From positions 17,298,001 through 17,362,000 of the forward strand of contig NC_043005.1 in assembly GCF_006345805.1 (NCBI RefSeq): a DNA stretch of 64,000 nucleotides, in the 5' to 3' direction. This stretch comes from Octopus sinensis (taxonomy: Eukaryota). The position numbers and the translations under genes were made by a program. Below are positions 26,411 through 39,763 of the stretch, in pieces (the stretch's first letter is position 1; each line of letters begins with the position of its first letter). The notes beneath the pieces were generated by a model, which saw only the letters and a program-made list of their open reading frames with translations, did no database searches and was not told the DNA's origin.

Positions 26411-28008
26411 AAGATAAGTGTGAAAGCAAAAGTTTAGTGAGCGGAAAGCGATATAGAGAGAATCATATATATATATATACACACACACATATATATACAT
26501 ATAGGGAGAGAGAGAGAGAGTGTGTAAAAACGTGAGAGATGGTGGCGAATGTGAGCGAGTGTGTTGAATAGTGAATTGTCATAGCAAGTATATAAAGTGT
26601 GGTTTAACAAGATAGCAAGAGAGTATCTTTTTTTGTTATTTTCCTCAACCAATAACTATTGTTTCTGATTTGTTTTGACTATTTCCTCAACCATAAATGA
26701 TGATTTATCACTTATCATTTCTTATATTAAACCAAAATTAAATTGTTCGGTGGATTAGAAGAATCATCAAATCGTTTAAGAAAGCAACGGACAAAAATTT
26801 TGTGCGGCATTTGTTCCGGCTTTTTTTCTTTTTCTTTTTTGACATTCTGAGGTCAAAAGCTCACTGAAATCAACTTTCCTTTTAATTTCCACCACCTCAC
26901 TCATTTAGACCTCGATAAAATAAATTATCAGTCAAGTGCTAGGATGGAGTGTCGATGTAATCGAATAACAAACAGCCTCCCCCACTACCTCACAAAAGTA
27001 CTGGCCTTGTGCCAAAATATAAATTATAAAAAATGTAATTATATAAATAAAAAAAATATATAATTAATATATAAATTATCATCCAACGCTACGTCAGAAA
27101 TGATTAAAGGCGACTCTCTAGATAACACCAAAACAAATCATAAATAACAGGCGTGGCTGTGTGATAAGAGGCTTGCTTCCCAACCATATGGTTTCAGGTT
27201 CAGTCACACAGCGTGGCACCTTGAGCAAGTGCCTTTTACAATAAGCCCTGAGCCGATCAAAGCCTTGTGAGTAGATTTCGTAGACGAAAACTGAAAGAAG
27301 TCCGTCAAGTCTTGCCTATACATTCGTATACTCGGCATTCCAGAAGGGATCTATTCCATTTCAATCAAAGATTTTTTAATTAATTTTTTTTTTTTAAACT
27401 AAACAGTCTGAAACTTCGAATACTGGTAGAATTTCTCACGTAAAACACGGTTTACTCTGAATGTTTTTGACAAAATTTCGTAGCTTAGAAGTTATTTCGT
27501 GTTAAAGTTGTCGCATTTGGGTAATTTCAACCAATGGAATAGGCCCGCCTGAAGGAAGTAGCACGAAATCGAATCAAACTGTTTTAAATAATACATAGAA
27601 CTCCTACTTCTTGTCTCTCTAGCGCCCTTACGGGAATGAAATAATAACGAGAGAAAGAAAATATGGTAATATAAATATAGTCAACGATAGCTTACGTATG
27701 TGTAATGTATGTGTGCTCACACATACATTCTCCTTCTTCCGCTTAGTATTTAACTGTCGGTAGACAGAGTAGCTAGTACCATAGTAAGGATTAATAAAAT
27801 ATTTTATTCTGATCAAATCAAATTCTCTCTACCCTGAGTTCCTACCTGTGGGTGCACAGGACCTTCGCGCAAGTTATGACTAACATACAATTCAAATTTA
27901 CAGAAAACAAAGGACGAAGACAGGTGAAGGAACAACAAGCAGGTATATTAGTTTAACGGTCGGGGAGAATAGAAAAGTCGTTGACATTTCGAGCCTATGT
28001 AAGTCATA

Positions 28009-28039
<31 letters not shown>

Positions 28040-28100
28040 ATACAAACACACACACACATGCATATATTGGTACAGGACGTCACAAACAGTAAACAATATG

Positions 28101-28427
28101 GGATCTTTTCCTTTTGATAGCCAGATTTCAACACAATTTCTAGTTAACTAAACACTTTTAAACTTCGTATACTGGTAGAATGTGTTTATAAAACATCATT
28201 TTCTCTTGGTTGTATTGAGAAAATTCTATAGTTTGTAAGATATTTCGTCTGAAAATCCGAGCATTTCGGCAATTTTAACCAATCCTATGCTCTCTTTTGA
28301 GCTAAAATCATTTGCTGCGTCTAAAACCTAACCCTAATTTTTTTTTCTTAATTGTTACGCGTGTAAAACGAAGTTTTAAAGTGTTTAGTTAACTAGAAAT
28401 TGTCTGCCGTTCAAAAGGAAAAGATCC
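28101..28427. mobile_element. Merlin-type MITE
   Basis: GGATCTTTTCCTTTTGA...TCAAAAGGAAAAGATCC; TSD ACAATATG / ACAACATG. Confidence 0.8.
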
Positions 28428-28629
28428 ACAACATGAAATACGGAAACAAATGGAAAACAGGACAAGTAACATAAAGAACGACCCTTCGTTAGCCGTTGGC
28501 TGTCTATCTACTCCTTATTTCGAGCATTAAACGACAATATGAGTCTTCGAAGACAGTTGCTCCCATAAGTACCAAAATAAAATTTGGGATTTATGGAGAG
28601 TCAAACAGTAATCAGTGGACTATTGAGAG

Positions 28630-28836
28630 TGTTACGTTCCAACCCCGCCCACCGCGATAGGTGAAAATCCACGAAGTAGAAACAGTACTGTACTGGATAT
28701 ATTTTATAAAATTATAATTTGTATTATATTTATTTTATTTTAAATGCAAAACAACACCACGGAGGAATCGACGTAAGTTTAAATAATAAACCGCGATGGG
28801 AAAACCACAATATGGCGAAGGATTATTGCGCGCGTG

Positions 28837-28837
<1 letters not shown>
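28630..28837. mobile_element. Tc1/pogo-type MITE
   Basis: Homologous to 51519-51725 (GTTACGTTCCAA...GAAGTAGAAACAGTACTGTA...GGAGGAATCGACGTAAG). Confidence 0.65.
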
Positions 28838-28870
<33 letters not shown>

Positions 28871-28891
28871 ATATATATATAATATATATAT

Positions 28892-29810
28892 CTTTTACTT
28901 CTTTCAGTCATTTGACTGCGGCCATGCTGGAGCACCGCCTTTAGTTGAGCAAATCGACCCCGGGACTTATTCTTTGTAAGCCCAGTACATATTCTATCGG
29001 TCTCTTTTGCCGAACCACTAAGTGACGGGGACGTAAACACACCAGCATCGGTTGTCAAGCAATGCTAGGGGGACAAACACACACACACACACAAACATAC
29101 ACACAAATACATATATATATATATATATACATATATACGACAGGCTTCTTTCAGTTTCCGTCTACCAAATCCACTCACTAGGCATTGGTCGGCTCGGGGC
29201 TATAGCAGAAGACACTTGCCCAAGATGCCATGCAGTGGCTTTAACCTGGAACCATGTAGTTGGTTAGCAAGCTACTTACCACAAAGTCATATATATATAT
29301 ATATAATTCAAATGTAAAGAAAAGACAGACAGGTGAGGGAACAACAAACAGGTGTATTATTAGTTTGGCCTTCAGGAAATACTTATATCTATCTATCTGT
29401 CTGTATGTATCTATGTATGCGCGTATTATGTCAAGAATGAAATTCAGATCAATTTTCCAAAAAGTTCATCGAATTCAATTTATTTTTTATTCGTTTCAGT
29501 CATTTGACTGCGGCCATGCAGGAGCACCACTTTCAATCGAACAAATCGACCACAGGGCTTATTCTTTGTAAGCCTAGTACTTATTCTAATGGTCTCTTAT
29601 TGCTGAACCGCTAAGTTACGGGGAATGGTGGTGAGGAACAAACACTGACACAAACAACACACAAATACATATATACGACGGGCTTCTTTCAGCTTCCGTC
29701 TACCAAATCCACTCACAAGGCTTTGGTCGGCCCGCGGTCAAAGTAGAAGACCCCTGCCCAAGGTGCCACGCAGTGGGACTGAACCCGGAACCATGCGGTT
29801 GGGAAGCAAG
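28892..29810 (-). mobile_element. Two SINE B copies (about 28892-29284 and 29485-29810)
   Basis: Family B motifs. Confidence 0.85.
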
Positions 29811-30185
29811 ATGAGGAATTCTATTGTATGTTAATCAAAGAGGTGTCCTCATTTTAGTGGTTGCTTTCACTAAGTTTCAAGCGTGTACACTCCAGCCTTC
29901 TCGGTGCCTTGCCTAGGACTGAACTCATAACGTCTAGGTGACTACAATTGCATTAACTAGCGCCTTTATCCACTACTTTATGCCTGTAGCTTGAGTTCTG
30001 AGTGAATGTTTTTAAAGGCATTTAAAGATCCACTGACGTCTTATGTCGGTTCCGTACCGACTGAATCATGCCACTCTGTATTTGTTATATTGTGCTAGTC
30101 GCAGTGGTGTCCTCGTCTTAGTTGTTACATATCGAATCGGGTAATTATGGATGTGATAACTTATTTGGACGAGAGAAGGAAGGGT

Positions 30186-30585
30186 GGATCTTTTCGGTTT
30201 GAACGGCAGTTTTTAACATAATTTCTAGGTAACTAAAAAATTTTAAACTTCGTATACTGGTAGAATGTGTTTATAAAACATCTTTTTCTCTTGGCTTTAT
30301 TGAGAAAATTCTATGTTTTGTAAGATATTTGTTGTTGTTTTTTTCTTCAATTTCTGTAATTTCAACCAATCAATTTCGTCTATTGAGGTAAAAAGCATTC
30401 TGTGCCGTATGAATATGTCCCTCGTTTAAGAAACAAATTGGGTTTATTTACATTTGTGAAGAAAATAAGTTACCCTAATCCTAAAACAGATTGAGATGCA
30501 ATAGATCGATACTAGGGTCATAATTATGGGTAACAATTTCATATGACACCGCTAGAAAAAACTGCCGTTCAAACCGAAAAGATCC
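30186..30585. mobile_element. Merlin-type MITE with perfect 8-bp TSD
   Basis: GG-terminal TIRs; GGAAGGGT at 30178-30185 and 30586-30593. Confidence 0.9.
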
Positions 30586-30935
30586 GGAAGGGTAAAGTTT
30601 ATGATCCGCCGAGGGCCTCAAATCATAAACCTGGCCCGAACCTTTGCAATGGAAAGGATTAAGCTTAAAAGTCACTCGAGTGACAGTGGTGATGTTAAAT
30701 AAGGCACAAGTTAATTCAACAACCACTACTAAGGAAGGGGATCAAACTCTCCCAAGAGCTTCTGCAGTATCTACGCCAGGTAATTTCCGTTATAATACGG
30801 GTATTGATCAACCCAATGATATAGAAGAAAATACTTTGCTCCGGTACTGTACGGTGAAAACAAATCAAAAACCATCAACGTGGAGAAACGAACATCTTAA
30901 ACACACGACCATATGAGATAGTCATATAAGGATTG

Positions 30936-31351
30936 GGATCTTTTCGGTTTGAACGGCAGTTTTTTCTAGCGGTGTCATATGAAATTGTCACCCATAATTA
31001 TGACCCTAGTATCGATCTATTGCATTTCAATCTGTTTTAGGGTCAGGGTTAGGAGTGTGGAGAAGGGTATCTTTTTTTCTTCACAAATGTAAATAAACCC
31101 AATCTGTTTCTAAAACGAGGGACATATTCATACGGCACAGAATGTATTTTACCTCAATGGACGTCACTGATTGGTTGAAATTGCAGAAATTGAAGAAAAA
31201 AACAACAAATATCTTACGAACTATAGAATTTTCTCAATAAAGCCAAGAGAAAAAGATGTTTTATAAACACATTCTACCAGTATACGAAGTTTAACATTTT
31301 TTAGTTACCTAGAAATTATGTTAAAAACTGCCGTTCAAACCGAAAAGATCC
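30936..31351. mobile_element. Merlin-type MITE, inverted relative to 30186-30585
   Basis: Same TIRs; no clear TSD. Confidence 0.85.
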
Positions 31352-32132
31352 TAAGTACCAGTTGAGCCCTGGGATTGAAATAATTGACTAGCACATCCCC
31401 CAAATTTTCGGAACCTGTACCAGTAGAAAAAAAATTATGGAAAACGAACAAAACAGAATCATGACTGATTAATAAAATAATTGTAAATAATATTCTTATA
31501 TGTAAAAGAGCGAGAAAGAGAGAGAGAGAAAACTTATTTTTAGAATGATACTTTCCGTTATCTATTTACTTTTATTTTTTATTCCTCTCGGGTGTGTACG
31601 GGTATGTGTGTACGCTGGTACTAAACACGACACAAATAGGAACAGGCAGAAATCTATATTACTTACTACAACAATAAATAAATACGCTAATAAAATATTT
31701 TCGCAACATTTGTATCGAGTTTTGGAGGAGACTCGCCTTACACCAACACCACAACGCACACCCGTTTATATTCCAATAAAATAATAAGAACATTTTACCC
31801 CATTTGCACACCTTAAGACAAAAGAAATACATACGTGTGTATATATATATAAAAACACGCAAACACACACACACATATATATATATTGTTTTAGTCGTTT
31901 CACTCATTTGACTGCGGCCATGTTGGAGCACCACCCTTTAGTCGAACAAATCGACCCCAGGACTTATTCTTTGTAAATTTATTGTATCTGTCTCTTTTGC
32001 CGAACTGGGACGTAAACACACCAACATCGGTTGTCACGCGATGGTGGGGGAACAAACAGACACAAGCATATACATATGACAAGCTTCTTTCAGTTTCCGT
32101 TTACCAAATAACACCACACATATAGTTATTTA

Positions 32133-32179
<47 letters not shown>

Positions 32180-32424
32180 CCGTCTATCAAATCCACTCAC
32201 AAGCCTTTGGTCGGCCCGAGGCTATATATATTTTTATATATTCTTTTTTTTTGTCTCAGTCTTTTGACTATGACCATGCTAAACAAATAAACCCCAGGAC
32301 TTATTCTATCGGTCTCTTGATGAACCGCTAAGTGATGGGGACGCAAACACAGACACACATATACATTAATATAAAATCCACTCGTAAGGCTTTGGTCGGC
32401 CCGAGGCTATAGAAGGTAAGTGGT

Positions 32425-33256
32425 TGATATATATATATATATTATATATTTATATATGTATAATATATGTATATATACATATATATGTAATATAAATATA
32501 TATGTACATGTGTGTATATATATATATATATAATATATATATATATAATGTATATATAATGTCTATATATATGTCTATATATATATGTCTAATATATATG
32601 TGTCTATATATGTATGTCTATATATGTATAATATGATGTATATATATGTTTGTATATATATGTTTGTATATATGTTTGTATATATATGTTTGTATATATA
32701 TATATATATATATATGTTTGTATATATATATATATATATATATATGTTTGTATATATATATATATATATATATATATGTTTGTATATATATATTATATAT
32801 ATATATATGTTTGTATATATAATATATATATATATATGTTTGTATATATATATATATATAATCATATATGTTTTGTATATTATATATTATATATATATGG
32901 TTGTATATGATATATATATATATATATATAATATATATATATGTTTGTATATATATATATATATATTGTTGTATATATATATATATATATATATATGTTT
33001 TATATATAATATATATATATTATATGTTTGTATATATATATATATAATATATATTTTTTGTATATATTATATATAATATATATATGTTTGTATATATATA
33101 TATATATATATATATGTTGGTATATTATATATATAATATATATATATGTTTGTATATAATATATATATATATATATGTTTGTATATATATATATATATAA
33201 TATATATAATATATATATGTTTGTATATATATATATATATGTTTGTTATATATATA

Positions 33257-33299
<43 letters not shown>

Positions 33300-33300
33300 C
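32425..33300. repeat. Complex (TA)n / TATGTTTG satellite
   Basis: Read directly; source of the IY/YI ORFs. Confidence 0.95.
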
Positions 33301-33944
33301 GTTTTCTTGAGTTGACGGCAAGGCCTGCTTTGCTTCGGGCCCAAAACCACAATGACATATAAGGTCTTCCTTTAGAAGAGCAACGTTTTGCCAGTGTGCT
33401 TTCATGCTTGCACGAAGTTGGCTCCAATGTTGGAGCTGACTTTGATCAAATCTTTGACCTGAGGAGAAACAGAACTGGCGGTAGGGACTGCGTTCTCATG
33501 CTCTGTTTTCGCAAGAAGAAAAGAATTGCTGGGGTGGCGTCATTTGAAGTCTAAATCATTTTAAAGCAATATTAATCCCAAACCATCTGAAGTGTTACAG
33601 TTTATATACTAGCATTAAGTGCTCCCTGATTAAACGTAATACTAGCATAGACCATAATATTCCTGATACAAATTCCTAAAAATTTATTTATATTAACTGA
33701 AGAATTAATGATGTTTATTCCTAATGAAACAGCTGTTCAAAGTAACACTGATCTATCAGTGAAACTGGTGCTTTTCTGCTATTCATTCTAAATATACTTT
33801 GCTCTTAAGGATCATTTTTAGTTGATTGTTATATGCACAGAAGCCTTTTCTACTTGGATTTACTGCAATGTTATAACATGCTTGAATTCATTGTGGCCTG
33901 AATTACTGTGAATTGGCGAAGGCAAAATACCAGGGGATGAAAAT

Positions 33945-34197
33945 GGTAATATTGCCATCGATTCCATTTGTACCATTGTTAAAACGCCTTCTGATCTCAG
34001 AGATGCAGTGTTCCCAGATCTACAAGCTAATTATCAGAATATGGATTGGATTGGCCAAAGGGCTATTCTGGCCCCGAGGAATAAAACTGTTTACCATATT
34101 AATGATGAAATGCTAAAACTCATTCCTGGGGAAGTCTATGTATATAAGTCTATCGATACAACTCCTGACCCAGAGGACGTCATCAACTATCCAACAG
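33945..34197 (+). pseudogene. Helitron RepHel PIF1-like helicase fragment
   Basis: VFPDLQANYQNMDWIGQRAILAPRNKTVYHINDEMLKLIPGEVYVYKSID...NYPT matches the Helitron helicase RAILAPxN..V..IN motif; truncated at microsatellite. Confidence 0.85.
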
Positions 34198-34261
34198 TGT
34201 GTGTATAAATATATACACACACGTATTTATGCACACACACATACACATGTAAGTATATGCA

Positions 34262-35090
34262 GGCAGGCTGTGTGGTAAGTAACTTGCTAACCAACCACAT
34301 GGTTCCAGGTTCAATCCCACTGTGGGACACTTTGGGCAAGTGTCTTCTACTATAGACCCGGGCCAACAAAAACCTCGTGAGTGGATTTGGTAGATGGAAA
34401 CTGAAAGAAACCTGAAGTACAAAAACACACACACATACATATATGTTTGTGTGTCCGAGTTTGTCCCTCCACCATCACCTTGACAACAGATGTTGGTGTG
34501 TTTATGTCGACAAAAGAGACCAATAGAATAAGTACTAGGCTTACAAACAATAAGTCCTGAGGTCGATTTCTTTGACAAAAGATAGTGCTCCAGCATGACC
34601 ACAGTCAAATGGCTGAAACAAGTAAAAGAATACATGTATATATGAACACATACATACAATCATATACAAATATACCATATATATAGCCACGCACACACCT
34701 TTTTTTAAATGTCTTGCTTTGAAAAACTGCATTGGGTATGATTAGTAAAATTTTTGGTAGAAATGACTAATGTCCCTCTTAGCGTGAGGCATTTATATGT
34801 AATAATGCCCTCTATATAATATATATATATATTTTCATTTATTTGTTTGTCATTTGACTGTGGCCATGCTGGAGCACCGCTTTTAGTTGAACAGATCAAC
34901 CCCACGACTTATTCTTTGTAAGCCTAGTACTTATTCTATTGGTCTCTTTTGCCAAACTGCTAAGTTACGGTGACGTAAGTACACCAGCATCAGTTGTCAA
35001 GCGATGTTGGGGGGGGGGGACAAACACAGACACAAACATGTATATATGATGGGCTTCTTTCAGTTTCCGTCTACCAAATCCAGTCACAAG
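34262..35090. mobile_element. Two SINE B copies in opposite orientation (34262-34630 +, 34845-35090 -)
   Basis: Family B motifs. Confidence 0.8.
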
Positions 35091-35124
35091 ACATATATCC
35101 ACAAACAAACACACATATATATGC

Positions 35125-35175
<51 letters not shown>

Positions 35176-36749
35176 ACGTTTATCATCATTCAATTCTTCT
35201 ATTTCATGATGGCATGGTTTGGATGGTTCTGCATGAACAGACAACCCAGAGCACTGCACCTACCTCCAATGCCTGCTTTGGCATGGTTTCTCTGACTGGA
35301 CACCCTTCCTAATGCTAAGAGCCCTTTTTTTGTAGCACCAGTATTGTTGAGGACCAAGGCTGCATATACATATATATATATATATTTCGTTTTTGGATTT
35401 GGTTTTCAAGATTCTTTATGTGAGTTCGTGTGTTGAAGCATATTCTGTTGTATCTGGGGAGAGTCAATTTCTTTTTGTGCCTTATAAATTTAACACACTC
35501 ACCGGTAAAATTTCCACTTATTCCTTATTTTTATTTTCCAAAAATTTCCGTCGCGTCTTGCAATTTTACCGGTGAGTATGCTAAATTATAAGGCACACAA
35601 AAAAATGACTCTCCCCAGACACAACAGTATATATATATATATAAGTTCAAATTGACAGAAAACAAAAGTCGAAGACAGGTGAAGGAATATCAAGCAGGTG
35701 TATTAGTTTAACGCTTGGGAAAAGTTTTTGACGTTTCGAGCCTACGCTCTTCGACGGAAAGGATTGTGAAGAAAAAAAAGGGGGGGGAGAGAGACAGGGG
35801 AAAATGTGTAGGGGTTAACGGTTCAACACATACACACGTATACTTAACAATATGTTTCAATACTCTCAATAACTTTTCTTTTATCAGTAAATGTTTCTTT
35901 CTTCTGTAAAAACTTGCCGTAATAATATCTTGAGTTTAATATCTAAATATGATCAGTTTGTTTGACGTTTCTATACATATACTTATAGTTTCATCTTCAA
36001 GACGGAGTGATGTTGGCGTGTGTTGTTGACTCTATACGAAGGTCTGCAACAAAGTTTGCACATAATATGAAGAGCTCAGAATATGAAAAATAATGTGATA
36101 AAAGCAATGTATAAAACCAGAACGTCATCATGTTTTCAGTATAGACCCCCCACCACACAAAAATACTCTGCTAACATTTTAATCGTTTTCATTATTTGTG
36201 TAAAAAAAGAAAAAGAAAAGGTAAAAGTAACCCCTGGCCATTACTGTCCGGAAGTCCTAGAGCACGCGGGGCCGGTTACTTGGTTACTCTGGCGTTAGTG
36301 ACCGAGATCGCACAGTTTACCACTGAACGGTACGCCGGTCCGTTGAAGGCTTACGCATCTACAACCAAGTGAACTGGGGCAAACAAATGCACCGCACGGA
36401 CTGGGAATGGAAACCTCGATCTTGCGATCATGAGTGAAACACCCTAAACACCAGGCCACAGTGCCCAATCTCATTATTTGCTTTAGTTTTATTAGCCGGT
36501 TATCAATAAAAGAGGGTTCCGTTCCAAAATGATCACAGTAAACTTCCACTAGAAAGAAGCCCGTCGTATGTGTGTGTGTGTGTGTCTTTTTGTCTGTGTT
36601 TGTCCCCCCACCACTGCTTGAAAACCGGTGATGGTTTGCTTATGTCCCCGTAACTTAGTGGTTCGGCAAAGAGACTGACATAATTAGTATTAGACTTAAA
36701 AAGAAGTTCTGGGGTCGATTTATTCGACTATGATGTACATATTCTTTAC

Positions 36750-37665
36750 CTAACGAACCACATGGTTCCGGGTTCAGTCCCACTGCGTGGCACCTTGGGC
36801 AAGTGTTTTCCACTGTAGCCTCGGGCGACCAAAGCCTTGTGAGTGGATTTGGTAGACGGAAACTAAAAGAAGCCTGTTGTGTGTATATATATATATATAT
36901 ATATTTCTATATATATTTCACGTGTTAATAGTGATAAATTATAATTGGTTATTGACAATTTGTCTATTTTCGGCATATTTGGCAATTAGAATTTTTTTCT
37001 TTTGCTCTTATTTTATAAGTTATTTATAAATTTAACCTTTAAAGGTATTTTTTAATATGCTGGCCATTGATAAAAAAATTTTTCGAAAAATTTTATCCTA
37101 TATTAGATGTAAATTTAATAGTGTTCACTTCCGGACTCTCTCACTCTGAAAGTTTCTAGTTCGAATCACACGTGTCTCGAGACGTGAAGATTTTCTATTT
37201 TGGATATATTTGGGGTACTTAGGTCTGCTCAGGACTTAGTGCTTGCTTTTTCCATGGGTATGAGTAAGTATTTCATTTATGTCTTACGTATATATATATA
37301 TATATATATGGTTTTTCTGGGAGGCCCTTTTTAAAGTAGAAGAAATAGCTAAGGTTTTTTGGCTGCTATTTCTAAACTTCGGTATGTGGTAAAGCAAATC
37401 TTTGCTGAACCCTAATTATAAAGTATATATATATATGTATGTATGTATGTGTGTGTGTATGTTTGCGTGTTTGTCCCCACAACATTGCTTGACAACTGAT
37501 GCTGGTGAGTTTACGTCCCCGTAACATAAAGGTTCGGCAAGAAGAGACCGATAGAATAAGTACTAGGCTTACAAAGAATAAGTCCTGGGGTCGATTTGGT
37601 CGACTAAAAGGCGGTGCTCCAGCATGGCCACAGTCAAATGACTGAAACAAGTAAAAGAGTAAAAG
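36750..37665 (+). mobile_element. SINE B split by about 0.5 kb of inserts in its internal microsatellite
   Basis: Head at 36750-36880 and tail at 37440-37665 in the same orientation. Confidence 0.7.
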
Positions 37666-38075
37666 AATATATATACATACATATACACACACACACACAC
37701 ATACTGTGTGTAGACAGATACACACCAAAGCACTAATAACTTAGGCACTCGTGTATGTACGTACACATCAATCAAGTGTATAAAGTATGTATATGATGAG
37801 AGAGAGACAGGAGAAAGTCTGATGTGATGTAATGAGTGTGTTATGGCAGATCATATATATACGTTATAACAAAAGATGCATATATGAGAGAGAGAGAGGC
37901 GGGGGTGATGTGTGTGACTGTCACTTAAGACGTTTACGGTATAACTTTATAACACACACACGCACAAACTTTGAGATAGTTTTGTGTGATGAGCTTACAG
38001 AAAACATCAAACAAAATTGTGTGAAGCGAACACACGTGTATTCATCAAAAATGTGAGTGTGTATGTGTGTGTATG

Positions 38076-38109
<34 letters not shown>

Positions 38110-38170
38110 ATATGAGAGAAAATATACTATGATAAAATTTATTTATGAGTATCACCTGATAATAGTGAAT

Positions 38171-38207
<37 letters not shown>

Positions 38208-38342
38208 GAGAGAGAGAGAGATGTAATATATATATATATATACACACAACACACACACGTGTATACCTCAAGCATACACATGAAAAGACTGATAGAAAGT
38301 GGTGTGATGTGTTTGAAAAGACATCAGACAGTCATTAAAGTG

Positions 38343-38380
<38 letters not shown>

Positions 38381-38859
38381 GCATACATATATATACACAC
38401 ACACACACTCAAATATGAGATGTTCATTTATAAAAAGTGAGAGGTTATAATGTGAATATCACAAAAAGGGAAGCATACACAAATAGACGCACAATACACA
38501 CACACAATACATATATATATATATATATAATATATAATATATATATATGCATACATACATACACGTATACACAGTACAAGGGGGAGAGGAGTTCGCGCGT
38601 GAGTAATATAACGGTAGCGAGGGTAAGAATTGTTTTTGTTTTTGTTCTTTTTTTTAGAGTAGTTTTAACGTTGATGTCCAAATAAACTCTACATTTTTTT
38701 TATTCCGCATATTTCTATTTATATTTTGAACAAAACAAAATCAGTAGTTTTCATAAGTCTTTTCTTTCTTTTTCTTTTTCTTTTGATCGGATATTGAGGA
38801 AGGACAACACACCCAATACTGTAGTTGAGATATGTTTAGAATTAAGAAATGTATGTATG

Positions 38860-39095
38860 GGTGTGAGAGAGAGAGAGAGAGAGAGAGAAAGAATGAGTGT
38901 GTGAGAGAGAGAGAGAGAGAAAGAAAGAGTGAGTGAGAGAGAGAGAAAGAATGAGTGTGTGAAAGAGAGAGTAAGAATGAGTGTGTGAGAGAGAGAAAGA
39001 ATGAGTGTGTGAGAGAGAGAAAGAAAGAGTGTGTGAGAGAGAAAGAATGAGTGAGAGAGAGAGAGAGAAAGAAAGAGTGAGTGTGAGAGAGAAAG
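38860..39095. repeat. GA-rich compound repeat (GAGAAAGAATGAGTGTGT units)
   Basis: Read directly. Confidence 0.9.
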
Positions 39096-39475
39096 AGTTG
39101 TTTGTGTGTGTTGCAATACTTTCAAAAGTTTTGAAAGACAGACACCCCATACAGAAAAAGTGCGTGCTGTATATACTGTATGTGAGATATACATATACAG
39201 ATTTAATACACTACACGTATAGATATGCGTGTATAACAAACATACTACATAAAATAAAGATTGATACATGTTTTAAATATAAAAAGCAAAGGTATTACGA
39301 GAAGAGGGGGATGGAGGTGACGACGGCAAATATCGCCATTAATGACAGAATATCAAAATATAATAAATATATTTATGGATAGATAAATGGGCAATCTTAC
39401 GGTTCTGGTAAATGTACCCATCTACATTAAAGAAAAAGGAATGAGTGAGTGATTTAGAGACGTTCCAATACTCAC

Positions 39476-39763
39476 GTATAAAGTTTCGTAATGGTTCTGA
39501 AAGAGAGGAAATCCATGCTGTTTTCCGTCTTTGCCAACATTGGTAATCCTAATAGCTGGCGATGAGCCATCGTCTGAAATTTCGGTGGTATTAAAACCGT
39601 AAGTTGTACTGTTGAACGGGAAGAATTCGGACAAAGGTAGAGACATACAGCCGAGTCCCTGGCTAAAAGTGAGTAGGAGAAGCACAGAGATGAGAATGGA
39701 GTTGTAGACCTGACTGAATTGTCGGAACGCTGTGGCTGTTGTCTTCAACACATCTGAACACAT
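39476..39763 (-). CDS. First coding exon (96 aa) of a secreted NIDO-domain extracellular matrix protein, SNED1/alpha-tectorin-like
   Basis: ATG 39763 is the first in-frame ATG after an upstream stop; hydrophobic ILISVLLLLTFSQG; then LSEFFPF...DDGSS...FPLF...LY like SNED1/TECTA N-termini; phase-0 donor TAC|GTGAGT at 39475, where LY|VNNNG is split in the vertebrate genes (from memory). Confidence 0.85.

Noticed and set aside
32575-33405. Long IY/YI-rich ORFs, and similar ORFs at 41-43 kb, 57.4-57.9 kb and 59.7-60 kb
   Set aside because: Translations of microsatellites
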